Positions 28,298 through 41,119 of a stretch of 64,000 bases of DNA are shown here, piece after piece. The position numbers and the translations under genes are program-made. The notes beneath the pieces were generated by a model. It was not told the DNA's origin and searched no databases. It saw only the letters and a program-made list of their open reading frames with translations. Location of the stretch: NCBI RefSeq assembly GCF_964355755.1, contig NC_092673.1:30067648-30131647 (forward strand), written 5' to 3'. This DNA comes from Antedon mediterranea (lineage: Eukaryota > Animalia > Echinodermata). Position 1 is the first letter of the stretch. Every line of letters begins with the position of its first letter.

Positions 28298-28875
28298 AAA
28301 CAGTACTTGTAACTGTAACTGCAATTTAATTTAGCATCTTGGCTATAAATGTAACATATAAATTACAAGAACAACAATTGAGGTATTGCTGAGTAAAGCT
28401 AATCTAGAAGAAAGTATCATCAAATAATGATCTATTGCATGTAGGGAAATCAATCGACTCATGTGGAATTATCCAGGTTAATCGTTATCCGCTTAAGCCG
28501 CTCAAATTCCCCAAAGTTACATTTTCGCCCTAATCTGATTCCCTCATTCCTAATGTCTCTCTTCTTAATTGGGTTTTAAAACAAGAATTGAGAAATGACA
28601 TCATTAAGAATAAAATACAACTTATCTTGGATATATGATGGGTATTTTCCCATGCAGCTGATTTTAACAGAGAACTATATTTGGGTGTAATATGCGAGCA
28701 TTAGGAATGAATCAATTGATATTTGGATCACAATCATTTTGGATAACATTATCACCATGATTTTATCTGGCAGATTAATGACATTTTAGACCTAGTGTTT
28801 ATTTGACTTTTTGAAAATTATTATTATTATAATATTTAGAGAATTTTTTTTTGTTGATCCAATACTTTGTACTTA

Positions 28876-29006
28876 AGCTCTGTCTACACTATCAAACAAA
28901 AACAATCAGACAAAAAAATGTGATGTGCCCATATATGGACATGATGATGTCATATCACTACCATTATTTGGGTACATAACCACCATATTTGGGCACATCA
29001 CACTTT
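28876..29006 (-). mobile_element. MITE family C, partial
   Basis: tta-agctctgtctacactatcaaac end plus inverted internal repeats. Confidence 0.8.
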
Positions 29007-31669
29007 ACAACATTTTACAAACACTTGCTTTCTTAAGTAAATTGTTGATCTTGGTTACAGATACGTAATCTCAGTGTTTTTGAGGGCGCTGTGTTTTTTC
29101 TCTGCGACATTCACTTGGTCCCCTGGATTGTATTTATCATGTTATAAACATAATTTTGAGAGGTTTTTTTGTGGTATATATTTAAGTTGTATTACATATT
29201 GTAATACAATTTATCATATACAGTAACAATTGTTATGTTGTTTAAAAAATATTATTTACCAGCTCCATGTATGTAAACAATTAGAAAGTGGAAATAATTA
29301 AAGGCAATCAAAAATGAAACTAAAGTTTCTATTTTGATTACAAAACATTTGTACATTTATTATTTATTTATTATCTGAAATATGATAATTATTTTAATAT
29401 TATTATTTTTGTTTGTATTAATTTGATACTGTTTTTTGTGTTTTTTTCCATTTAAAATGCCGCAATGACCAATTCAACATTTGCTGATCCACATTCAACT
29501 AACGCACCTTAGTAATATAAGTTACAGAACGTGATAAAACTTTAGCCCCAGGCGGAACAAACTAAGCATAAAAAACTACACAAATCAACATTGGTGCTGA
29601 GATGATATTTGATTGTTGGTGCATTTTTTATTCTGTTTGTTAAAAGATCTATTGAATTTGATAGAATAAGAGACCCATGCTGGCCATGTGTTAACAACGT
29701 CAAGGCTATATCACAATAGATACTTCCCAGTTCATTACCCTTTTACAAAACTCAAATAATTTTATTTTTACAGTATTTTAAAATATTTTATTTGTCTATA
29801 TTTTAAAGTATGATACTGAATGTTTAACCTTATTTAAAATTCTAAAAAAAATGCATAAAATTAATATATAGCATTAATTTTACATAAATTAACAAAAAAT
29901 AAATTTAAACAATTTTAATTGTATACATTTAAAGTAATTATCAATTATTCTTATTTATTTGTTTATTTGTATTTCAGATCATAACAAAAAAAAACCAAAA
30001 AAAAAAAACCTTACACTTTTTATAAAATTGTTATGCAATGGAAATAAAATTATAACAATAGAAAAATGTAATTGACAATGATTGCTGTCTATATAACCTA
30101 CTAATATATAAGATCTCCAGGCCAAAGTTGATAGCAAATAGCCCTTGACACGCGTGGTGTCAAAAAAAGAAAGGCATGATAGCCGGATCTATAGTTAATT
30201 AAATGTTCTTCATTACACTCACATTGCATAAACTTTGTTTATACAATCCTGGTTACTATCACAATTACCCAAAACACCCGTAGGATAAGGAGAACTCGGT
30301 CAACACCACATGATAGTCTACGTTTGAAGGACGTTTTCGCTGCATACCATATATATCTATGCTTCCTCTGCATTCCACATATTTAAATCACATAATTTTA
30401 TCTATGTTTGAGAAGAGTACCACGCTGGCGTTAATGAAAGTCCCGCAGATTTAAACAAAACTTTCAGATTGTCCTCGATCTTGAAGTTAATTTTTCAGAT
30501 TAGATATTAAATCTGTTAATCATTGGAGAGGTTAAGTTGATGGTCAGTGGAACATTACTTGACCTCATTACAAATTCCGTTTGACCATGATTTAAAAATA
30601 GCTTTATGAAGTGTAACATAATGTATATCAATTAGTCAGAATGGTAAAACAACATAAGTAGCAAGTGGCACGCAATATGCTAGTAAGGACGTTTTATTTT
30701 TATCAAATGAACTTTTCTCACGTACATTGATAATTGTTCATGCATTTAAATTTGTTTTCATAGTTCGCGTTTGCCAATGACCACGATAGATCTATTCAGA
30801 ACTGTTTTGATCATAAATGGCCGATTTAATTAATCTTTTTACTACAATTTGACTTCAAATTGTTGAAGTTTTTTGTTCAATATTCTGAGACTGTGAAGTA
30901 TATATATATATATATTATATTATAGTACGTTGTATTTTCGTTCATTTATTTACTACATGAAAACATTTTTGTAATATATTTGTAAATTTATATTTTAAGT
31001 TAGGGTGCCACAGATTAAAAGCTTTGCTTGCTTGTGGTTACCCTGTTTTTCACACTTTATTGTACTTAATTTTTTTTAATTTATATTTTTATGAATGTTG
31101 TGTGAAAAATAAAAGAATCAATCAATCAATCAATCAAATTAACAAATGCTTTTATGCTTCTAATGGTTTTGTCCTTTCATGTACTATTAAAGGAAAAGTT
31201 GAAATAAATTGAAAAATACATGATGAATTGAAAAGAATAATTTTTGTACACATATATAATTGATATTAGTATAGCTGTAGTAGTCCATTGATGTCCATTT
31301 ACAATTTACCTGGGCTGTTTATTCAAATAAATACAGTAATTGAATTATAGTTTTATAATTCAAATAACCACATTTGTAATATACATATTTATTATGTTAT
31401 TAGTTTATTGACCCATAAACTATAGAATAATAAGTTGTTCTTTCTATTTATATCTAATTTTATATGATAATATAAAGTCAAATCAAATTTGAAAACTGCA
31501 TAGTATTATTATTGATCTTATAGTAGTGGTTTTTATTATGTTTTTAAATTACATATTGTCAAAATAAATTAAAATTCTTAATACGATGTTGTAATCTATT
31601 TTAATAAGCTTCAATTTGTGATGACCTATGACCTATGTAGTTAATAAAGTCGTCGTCCAGCTCTGTAAC

Positions 31670-31942
31670 TGAAATATTTTATTTAATACTGGGCTACCGC
31701 TTCAGTCAAAGACTGGTCTCCCAGAGAGCCCACTTATGATCAGTGGCTGTGTTTTACTAGTACACCGGCGTAACCCCTACTCGTCTCAAAAGATGTACTA
31801 GGTTCGTTTTTAAGTGCACATGAGCTATATTTGTACACTGGACCTACGGTTTATAGTCCTTATCCGAGAAGACTCGGTCTACCACCAGAACCATGGAGCG
31901 AGTGAGCCTCGAACCCTTGCCGATTACGGTTCCACTGTCTTA
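31670..31942 (-). mobile_element. SINE family A, 5'-truncated
   Basis: Reverse complement aligns to the 10401 and 56239 copies; lacks the A box. Confidence 0.85.
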
Positions 31943-32321
31943 TAAGATTATGTAACTCATGACGATTTGTGGATAAAAGAACTGTGAGCTTGTGAAGTCA
32001 AAATTTAATAGTGGAACATTCATAGAATAATCCCAACACATTAAAAGTAATTCTATAATTTAATAACAAAGCCAAAATCAAGTGTATATTAATAAATTAA
32101 GTTCGTATTCACAATCATTAAAGTTTTACAATGATGCATTCAACTGTAGGAAATGTTCAGAAAATCAATCCTGGTCATTTTTTTTTTTTTTGTATGTATA
32201 TGTACTGCCTGTAACAGACAAAAATGAATATCTTAACCTTTTTTTTAGAAATCAAAACATGATAAAGACAGTCCATATACAGTCAACTCTCTCTCCACCC
32301 TTTAGCTGGCCTAATGTTTGG

Positions 32322-32437
32322 GAGCTTTCGATTTGCCTTGACCGACGACCTAACTAGGTCAGGTCAGTTGATGTGTGATCGGTTGTCACCTGGACCTAGA
32401 AACCATCAAACTTTGTTGGGGTGGTGAGTGAGGAATC
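32322..32437 (+). repeat. Old dispersed repeat of unknown class (copy 1)
   Basis: Shares ctttc.atttgc..tgaccgacgacc, cctggacctagaaa..atcaaa and gaggaatc with 45249-45352. Confidence 0.6.
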
Positions 32438-32544
32438 ATGTCCCAATATCCCCGCATACCTACAATGAATTAAGGTGATATTGTGTGGTCGTCAGGGGTA
32501 ACGAAGAACACACCTCTGATGACACTTCCTGACAGGGAAATTAA

Positions 32545-32730
32545 AAGGTCTTTCACACCTGTTCCGGCACGGTTCCGGTCCGACGCCGGAAAATCCAATT
32601 GAATGTCAATGTTTTGTTTTTACGCGGCTACGCGCATAACGATTGTCGAATAGCTGTGTGGAGCGTCGTGAAACCATTGACGTTCGATTCTCTGGACCGG
32701 AACCGTGCCGGGACAGGTGTGAAAGACCCT
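32545..32730. mobile_element. Palindromic PIF/Harbinger-like MITE with TAA TSD
   Basis: ggtctttcacacctgttccggcacggttccggtcc ... ggaccggaaccgtgccgggacaggtgtgaaagacc; TAA at 32542-32544 and 32731-32733. Confidence 0.85.
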
Positions 32731-33683
32731 TAAAAATGTGTGAACCTCAAGAAAATTCTTGGGAGAGTATGCGCTTTTCAGAGAGAGTTGCCTGTAGTTT
32801 AGCGATAATCGGGATAATTAATTGAATGATGTGATAACTAAACAAACGTGTTGCATTTGGTGTAGAAAGAGATTGGGGATAAAATACAATGTTATTCATG
32901 TATATCAACAAATGTAAAACTATATTTGAAATAGGAGGGGAAACATCAGCATCTTCAAATCTGTATTTACTGGGAATGTTTACTAGCTGTTTCACACAAT
33001 TTATGTCTTTTTAATTAGCATGTGCTTCATCACAAATTAACGGATTTGAAAATGGAATGTTAGCCACCATAAACCTATATATAGGAGAAATGTAGCTACA
33101 AAAGATTGTGTTAACATAACATAACATACATTTTTAATGCATTTTCATAGTTATTCACCTCCGCCAAGGAGGTATGTAATCGATCGCGTGTCTGTTAGCA
33201 GGATTACTCAAAAATTTATTTCAAGATCTTTACCAAAATGAAAATACAGATAGAATGTGTTCAAGGACCACTCCATTAAATTTTGGAGGCAATCCAACCT
33301 GCTAGTGTTAAAAGATAGGACAGAATTTTCAAAAGCGGGCGAGCAGTCTTAAAGTAACAAGTAAACTAAAATTGAATTTTTACAAGAACAAATTGTCCAA
33401 AAAACTTTTTTGTACAAGAGGCAAGAGTTATAATTTGTAATTTTAAAACACAATTTGATTTAATGTACAGGTTTTTTGATACGAGTAGATTTAAAAAATG
33501 TATGTATGTAATGTTTTCAAATTCACCTGTTTGTTTTTAGCGTTGCTGTTCTATTGTTAGTCTCAACTGAAACTATTGTTAGTTGAAAGGACGGTTACAT
33601 AACCTTTACATCAAACTCGCATACACCACTCAGGCAGCGCTTGCCTGATATATCTATCTATCTTGTCCAATTGTACCTTCATT

Positions 33684-33862
33684 TCCACTGATGAAGGGCT
33701 AGTGTTGCCCGAAAGCTCTGCTAACTTTTCTGGCTGTTTTACTTTATCTTTTTGATTTAGTTTTTCGCTTTTTTTTTATATCTCCATTGAGATCCAGCCA
33801 CTGATACCCACAGCATTGTCATTTTTTCAGTATTTTGCCTTTGGATTTATATATATATATAT
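33684..33862 (+). mobile_element. Penelope-like terminal fragment beginning with a minimal hammerhead motif
   Basis: Hammerhead core followed by a T-rich tail ending in (TA)n; inverted copy at 40713-40866. Confidence 0.7.
33685..33722 (+). ncRNA. Minimal type I hammerhead ribozyme motif
   Basis: CTGATGA (33688-33694), A, stem II GGGC/GCCC, GAAA (33711-33714), GC, TC cleavage site (33717-33718); palindromic AGCT stem III as in Penelope minimal hammerheads. Confidence 0.65.
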
Positions 33863-36043
33863 TTGTCTAGAGAAATCTTATGTAGAAGAATTTTACAGTA
33901 GTCAGAGGTATGCACTCTTAGAGGCAATTTTTTTTTTCATCCATGTGAAAGATAGCCGAACTACTTCCTAAATATAACTAAACCTAGCCATGTAAATAAC
34001 TAAATTCTCACTATAAAGTAAAAGAAGCAGCTCATGGGATTCGAACCTTATACATCGACATGTAAAGTTGATAGTCTTATCTATTCGACAGAAATCGTTT
34101 GAATTAGCGAATTGTAGTTAGCTCAATTCTTACGTCACATCTTATGGATATGACATAAATATTCATGTTTATTTTGTGATGTTTCACGAGGGGTGCCCAA
34201 CTTATGTACGAAAAGAAATATTGCCTCTCGGAGTGGCTTTCTAGTTAAAATTGTGTTAAATTGCAGAATTAAACATATTACCGCTTCTATTGAATTTGTT
34301 AGATGGATGCAAACTATTAAATCATACAGCTAAACATAAACAATAGCACTATATTAACATCACAATAGCCTCTCAAGTAGAAATAAATGGAATAATAATA
34401 ATAATCATTAGAATATGTTATTTTAAAGCAACCAATTATTATAGTTTGAGAATAAATGTTAATGGTTATTCACCATTTCAAACTTTTATATGCTGGCCAC
34501 TTTAGGCCCTTGTGGTTATGTTATTTATTCTGTAACATATTTAAAAATAGTAAATAGCTTAACCGTTAAAACTCCCTGGTTTAACTCAGACGCAGAATAT
34601 TACCGTAATCAAAAACATGTTTTGTTTGTAGTGTTTCCGCATTACTTTATCTAATTAAGTGTTGACGATAACAAAGTTTTAATATAATAGTACAAATGTT
34701 ACAGGCCTATTAAAAAACATCAAATGTTACGTCATACAGTACCTGCATTTTACCAGGAAGTCATGATTATTCCAAATTGCATATTGTGTTGCGTCCGTGA
34801 CCCACATACTATATAGAGCTGATTGTTCATGTGCAAATGTCCTATTCCTGGATCCTAGCCAATTGTACACTGTCTAGACAAGCAAAATATAGGCCTAAAC
34901 ATCCAAACATAGAAACGAGAAAGAATTTCAAACCGTGATATCCTTGTAGAAATACATGCACGCTACTCAAACCATGTTATTTCCTGGTCTTAAGCTAACT
35001 ATTTATCCTTCGTAGCATAACAATTTTAACATCTAGGCCCAGTGTCCCAAACGTGTCTCACAACTCGGTAGTAGTTCAGTGCCCTTGCTGAGTCTGCAGA
35101 CAACAAAGTGTTGTCGATGCTTATTGGTTCAATTGGTAAAAAAAATACGAGGGTTAATATGCATTCGGGATCCAATTTTACATACGTTTTCGCATGTAAA
35201 AGTACCACCCTGCAGACTCGTAAAGTATGTCGGTAAGAGATTATATGAAAGAGAAGGGATCAACCCCTGGAGCCCTTTGAATTCTGGGACTCCCCATCAT
35301 GCATCTCGTATTTCATTTTTTTTAAAGGAATACTTTATTTCACATGTAAAAAACTATGTGAGGATCTGACGTACTTGGCGCTATTTTTTTAGAAATTTTA
35401 TTAACCAGGAGAAATTAATTTTAAATCTATTGCGGTAGAATTGGGGTTTTGAAACATGAAACCATACTACCAGGAACTTCAGTAACATTGTCAGTGGAGA
35501 ATCCAAGATATTTAGAAAGCGAGAAAGACGTTAGGGAAGGACAGGTGATATAAGTTTCCTTCTAAAACCTGAAGGCGGCTCCTTCAAATCTGCTCATAAT
35601 TTTTGTTGGAGTGGTAATTTGCGACAGAAGTTGTTGGCCTCTTTTGCCACTCCTTGGCGCAATCTAGCTATTTTTATATTGTTATGTTTGTATAATTGTG
35701 TTTGCCTAAGTTAATAAAATATATAAATAAATATAATTGTTTGGTTTCTATTCTGCCCATCTCAATAGTGTTCTTGATCTGCATTAAATATATATTGCTA
35801 CATAGTGTAGTGTATTAGTACTGATACTGATATAAGAAATTATGTATCATGGTTATATTGCAAAATAATATATATAGATATTTAAGCGCAATCAATTTTA
35901 TTACACTTGCATCAATCTCATTGGTTGGTGAGATTAATTATATGCAGATTATTCTAATATTTAGCCAATCACAAATTGATATGTTTTGCTTTTAAAATCA
36001 TATTGTTTTTGAACCTATGCACTTGTAATGCAGTGTAAAATCA

Positions 36044-36400
36044 TCCAACCCGTCCATCCTTCAATCCATCCATTCCTCCATCTATTTTGCCAACCCACAT
36101 CCATCCACCCATCCCCCCATCCCATCCGTCCACCCATCCTATCCATCCATCCCTCCAACAATTTCATCAACCCACATCCATTCGTCCACCCATCCTATCC
36201 ATTCCTTCATCTATTTCGCCAACCCACATCCATCCACCCATCCGTCCACCCATCCCATCCGTCCATCCATCCAACAATTTCATCAACCCACATCCATCCG
36301 TCCACCCATCCCATCCGTCCACCCATCCTATGCATCCATCCATCCATTTCGTCAACCCACATCCATCCGTCCACCCATCCCATCCGTCCACCAACCCATC
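36044..36400. repeat. Degenerate (CCAT)n/(CCAY)n microsatellite with higher-order repetition
   Basis: ccatccatcc, ccgtccacccatcc and caacccacatccat recur. Confidence 0.95.
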
Positions 36401-37148
36401 TATTATCATTGTGCAGAAAATCCATAAATGTAAATGCTGGTCTATTATATATGAATTGTTTATTGTGTGACCTAGAAATAGTAGAAGTATAGATATATAT
36501 TTTGAAATGTTTCCAAAATAGATTTTTGATTATACATTATTATGTAATATTCAACCTTCTATGATTAATAAGCAAGAAAGTCTGAGATTGTGAAATCTAG
36601 AAAGAACTAAGTAAGATTAATCCTTGAATCTCATCTCGATTATAATAAGAAAATCTTGCCTATTAATTGTCCGCAACGCTTTAATTTCTAAAAACAAATG
36701 AATTTGGCAAAGTACGTCACCTTGATCAATCTACTATATTAAAGAAATTGGACTGGTCAAGCATGTCATGGACGGGAAGTATGCTCAATCCATTTGAAAT
36801 TGACCAATGCACTATAACAACATAACAGGTCGTTTGCACGCTCTTAAATTACATATTAAAAGTACAAAGTTACACCTTTGAATTGCTGAGTTGTAAAGTG
36901 CTGGTCACATCATGTAACATGAGATGTAAATGAACTTGAGAGAAGCAGGCCGGAGTATGCAATATTGATGTGTATGCTAACGGTCAAACAATAGCTCACA
37001 TAGATATGTGCTCTCTTGAATAACATGATGAATGCCTTTGAAATAACAAGATAGAAATTTAATACCCAATGTAAATATTGATGCAATCTTTACAATCTGT
37101 AGTATGACCTTCAACATAGATATTCTAGATAAATTGTATTTATTTATG

Positions 37149-38191
37149 AAAAATACCACTTAGACCCTCTGCTGCAAAATACCACTTAGACCCTGTTTCT
37201 GCTGCAAAATACCACTTGGACCCTGTTTCTGCTGCAAAATACCACATAGACCCTGTTTCTGCTGCAAAATACCACTTGAACCCTGTTTCTGCTGCAAAAT
37301 ACCACATAGACCCTGTTTCTCCTGCAAAATACCATTTAGACCCTGTTTCTGCTGCAAAATACCACTTAGACCCTGTGTCTGCTGAAAAATACCACATAGA
37401 CCCTGTTTCCGCTGCAAAATACCACATAGACCCTGTTTCTGCTGCAAAATACCACTTGGACCCTGTTTCTGCTGCAAAATACCACTTGGACCCTGTTTCT
37501 GCTGCAAAATACCACATAGACCCTGTTTCTGCTGCAAAATACCACTTGGACCCTGTTTCTGCGGCAAAATACCACATAGACCCTGTTCTCCTGCAAAATA
37601 CCATTTAGACCCTGTTTCTGCTGCAAAATACCACTTAGACCCTGTGTCTGCTGCAAAATACCACTTAGACCCTGTTTCTGCTGCAAAATACCACATAGAC
37701 CCTGTTTCCGCGGCAAAATATCACTTATACCCTGTTTCTGCTGCAAAATACCACTTGGACCCTGTTTCTGCTGCAAAATACCACATAGACCCTGTTTCTG
37801 CTGCAAAATATCACTTGGATTTGGACCCTGTTTCTGCGGCAAAATACCACATAGACCCTGTTTCCCCTGCAAAATACCATTTAGACCCTGTTTCTGCTGC
37901 AAAATACCACCTAGACCCTGTGTCTGCTGCAAAATACCACTTAGACCCTGTTTCTGCTGCAAAATACCACATAGACCCTGTTTCCGCGGCAAAATATCAC
38001 CTATACCCTGTTTCTGCGGCAAAATATCACTTAGACTCTGTTTCTGCTGCAAAATACCACTTATACCCTGTTTCTGCTGCAAAATACCACTTAGACCCTG
38101 TTTCTGAAATACCATTTAGACCCTGTTTCTGCTGCAAAATACCACTTAGACCCTGTTTCTGCTGTAAAATACTACTTAGCAGAAACAGGGG
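37149..38191. repeat. 30-bp minisatellite, ~34 units (gctgcaaaataccacttagaccctgtttct), closed by an inverted copy
   Basis: Period of 30; terminal 13-bp perfect inverted repeat at 38151-38163 / 38178-38190. Confidence 0.97.
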
Positions 38192-39040
38192 TATTAAAAA
38201 TATGGTATACAGTCAACTCTCCCAATACTGAAAACCAAAAACCCTTCCAATACCAGACTTCCAAAAAATTAATTTTTACCATTAAAAACACATTCAGAAA
38301 CTATACTTTTCAGTAACCTGACATTTGGCCAACCTAAAGATGTCCGGAATTGATATAAATCTATATATCGTATGTTATACCATATTTTATTAATGATTTT
38401 GAAGATTATGATGATGATGATGAAGATCATGAAGATGGCGGTGTTTATATATTTGAGAAAAATAGTCGAATTATACAAATTTACAATGAATTATAAAATG
38501 ATTACAAAATAATTAACTTAACTATGAATACGATAGGGTACCTAATGAGCAACGCAGGAAAATAATTGAAACATTTAAAATCAGATCGTTTAGAACTTTT
38601 ATCCATTTACACATTAAATTATATTTGTTATCTTGTTGTTTTATGTTTTGCTTTTGACTTCTAAGGGTTGTTTCAGTGTTTTTATTATATTCTATCAATG
38701 ATTTACTGATGATGTTGTTGAATATGCTTTACATTAGTATTATTAACCATATACCCACAAGGGACATAAAACAACAAGGTTTTAAAATTGATTTTTTAAG
38801 ATACTATATAACCACCCAAGAACAGAGTGTGTTGGAACAAGGTTATAATATGATGACGACGTAATTAAAGTTTTACAACATTCACTAGCCATAAATAGTT
38901 ATCCTTTTTCTGAGGTCACTCATTAAGTCAAGAAAATATTGCATTATATGGATAAATCAAACAATCAATCGTTCAATTTATATAGTTGGTTGTGTTATAC
39001 CATTCATAGTGCCAAATACTGGGAAGTCTGAAGGTCTGCA

Positions 39041-39190
39041 GTCTACGCTAACTAGTTTGACAAAAAAAGTGTGATGTGCCCAAATATGTAGTGATATGGC
39101 CCAATATGGTAGTGATATGACATCATCGCGTCCATATATGGACACATCACAGTTTTTTGTCACATAAAGTTTGATAGTGTAGACAGAGCT
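39041..39190 (+). mobile_element. MITE family C, left TIR damaged
   Basis: Right TIR gtttgatagtgtagacagagct is intact. Confidence 0.85.
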
Positions 39191-40712
39191 TGAGACAAAG
39201 TGGATCCAGGATATTTCACACAGGGCAGTGCTAACATAACATATTAAAATCATATTATATATTAATAATTATATTCAAAAATAGATACTATATGAAAAAT
39301 AGTTCACAATTTTAGTAGTCGCCTCTGGACCAAGTAGTAATTTTCACACTTGTACCATAAAATCTACATCCACTTCTGTAAACATTCTATTCCCCCCTCC
39401 CACACATAAAATGATATTGTCTAGGCTACTTTGCCCACATTATTCCCCTGGAAAGAAATGGAAACTTTATAAAAAAATTAAGAACATATATACTTGTTAT
39501 TCCACCAAAAAAGTCTCCTTCCTACTCAGCTACCCACCTTCGTCAAGGGCAATTGAGCCATCAAATTATCCCACACATTCACTGCCTTTTAAAAATTGAT
39601 TGAAGATTTTGTGGTTAAAATAAATTAAATTCTTGAAATTTGTTGCTTTTACAAATTCATAACAGATAAGTGCATATAGTATTAATTAAAAACTTTTTTA
39701 TGAATATAAAGTATAGTGCTATAAAAACTGAGGATTTTTTCAATTTTTATATATTATTTGGCAAAATTATAAGTTAATATTAATCAGATAATGTTTATTT
39801 CACATTAATGTTTTTATAATAATTTAAAGAACATAGTTTTATTGTGAAATTGATAATATAACACAACAGCTTGTAGGTGGTTAAAATAACGTGTTCATCA
39901 GCGTTGAATGTGTTTACGGCAGCTCAGGTGCAAATAATAGCATTGTTGACGTCTCTTGAGAAATGCATACCTCAGGCTCTTCTTCAAAAGAAAGTTTCCC
40001 AATAATATGACCTGATTTCTTGTAGGTCGATTTCTCGTTGGACATTATTATAGGATGTTAGCTCATTCGATCCAATTGACCCTGCACTTGAACATGCGTT
40101 GCAATATGATCCCTGAGCTAATATGTTTTATCAACAGAAATGCACTTTATCTATGTATAATGTGTGCTGATGAACCGCCCTACATACTGACCATTGGTCA
40201 GATAGTCCAGATAAGATAAATGACTTAGGGCATATTTACTTAGCAGTTGACCTGGTCAATAATTCCACATTGAAGTAGCATTGAATGATTTGTATGTAGT
40301 AATGGCATTACAGCACCTGCCTTAATAATGAAAGAAAAATCTTTTATCCTCAAGAATGGAAACAGGAAATCTTAAGATACTTGCATCCCTTGTGAACCTA
40401 TGACATGGTCACACTCTGGCCAAAAAAGTTACACAAACACATTTAGAATATTAATAATACTGGCTAGAAACAAATCTCTTGTAATCTCTGTACATCATGA
40501 ATATGTTGAGTCATAAAAAAATGACTTTTAATTTGCCAATTTTGTACCCAAAGCTCTAGAAATGAACAAAATTATTTTAACAAATTTAAGGAAACATATA
40601 AACACATTCATTTATAACTACAGCATTACCTTAAATAATATTAATAATATTAATAATATTAATAATATTAATATGTATTGGTTATTTATATATATTTATA
40701 TATTTACATTAT

Positions 40713-40866
40713 TATATATAAATCCAAAGGCAAATTACTGAAAAAAATGACAATGCTGTGGGTATCAGTGGTTGGATCTCAATGGAGATACAAAAAAAAA
40801 CGATAAAGTAAACAGCCACAAAAGTTAGCAGAGCTCTCGGGCAACACTAGCCCTTCATCAGTGCAA
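40713..40866 (-). mobile_element. Penelope-like terminal fragment with a hammerhead motif (GAAA mutated to GAGA)
   Basis: Reverse complement reads gcaCTGATGAagggctagtgttgcccGAGAgcTCtgc, with the same tail as 33684-33862. Confidence 0.7.
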
Positions 40867-40958
40867 GTGCACTACATTATAATATATAGATATAAAAAGT
40901 TAAATAATTACTATAACACATCAAATAGTACAGTATTCATTTACATTTTCTAAGGTTA

Positions 40959-41119
40959 AGCTCTGTCTACATTATCAAACTAGTTTGACAACAAAAATGT
41001 GATGTGCCCGAATATGGTAGTGATATACCCAAATATGGTAGCGATATGATATCAACATGTCCATATATGGGCACATTACATTTAGTTTTCACATAAAGTG
41101 TGAGAGTGTAAATAGAGCT
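40959..41119 (+). mobile_element. MITE family C, full length
   Basis: agctctgtctacattatcaaac ... gtgtaaatagagct; left flank tta. Confidence 0.85.

Larger units (their letters stand above)
33151..33937 (+). mobile_element. Helentron-associated non-autonomous element (HINE/DINE-1-like) with a nested Penelope-like fragment
   Basis: 5' ttattcacctccgccaaggagg (subterminal IR plus short hairpin) followed by gtctgttagcaggattactcaaaa; 3' agaggtatgcactcttagaggca then a T run. Confidence 0.6.

Noticed and set aside
36028-36492. His/Pro- and Trp/Gly/Met-rich ORFs
   Set aside because: Translations of a (CCAT)n microsatellite.
37140-38231. Long ORFs on both strands (130-249 aa) with decapeptide repeats
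   Set aside because: Artefact of a stop-poor 30-bp unit: open in several frames and both strands, broken by frameshifting indels, no splice context.
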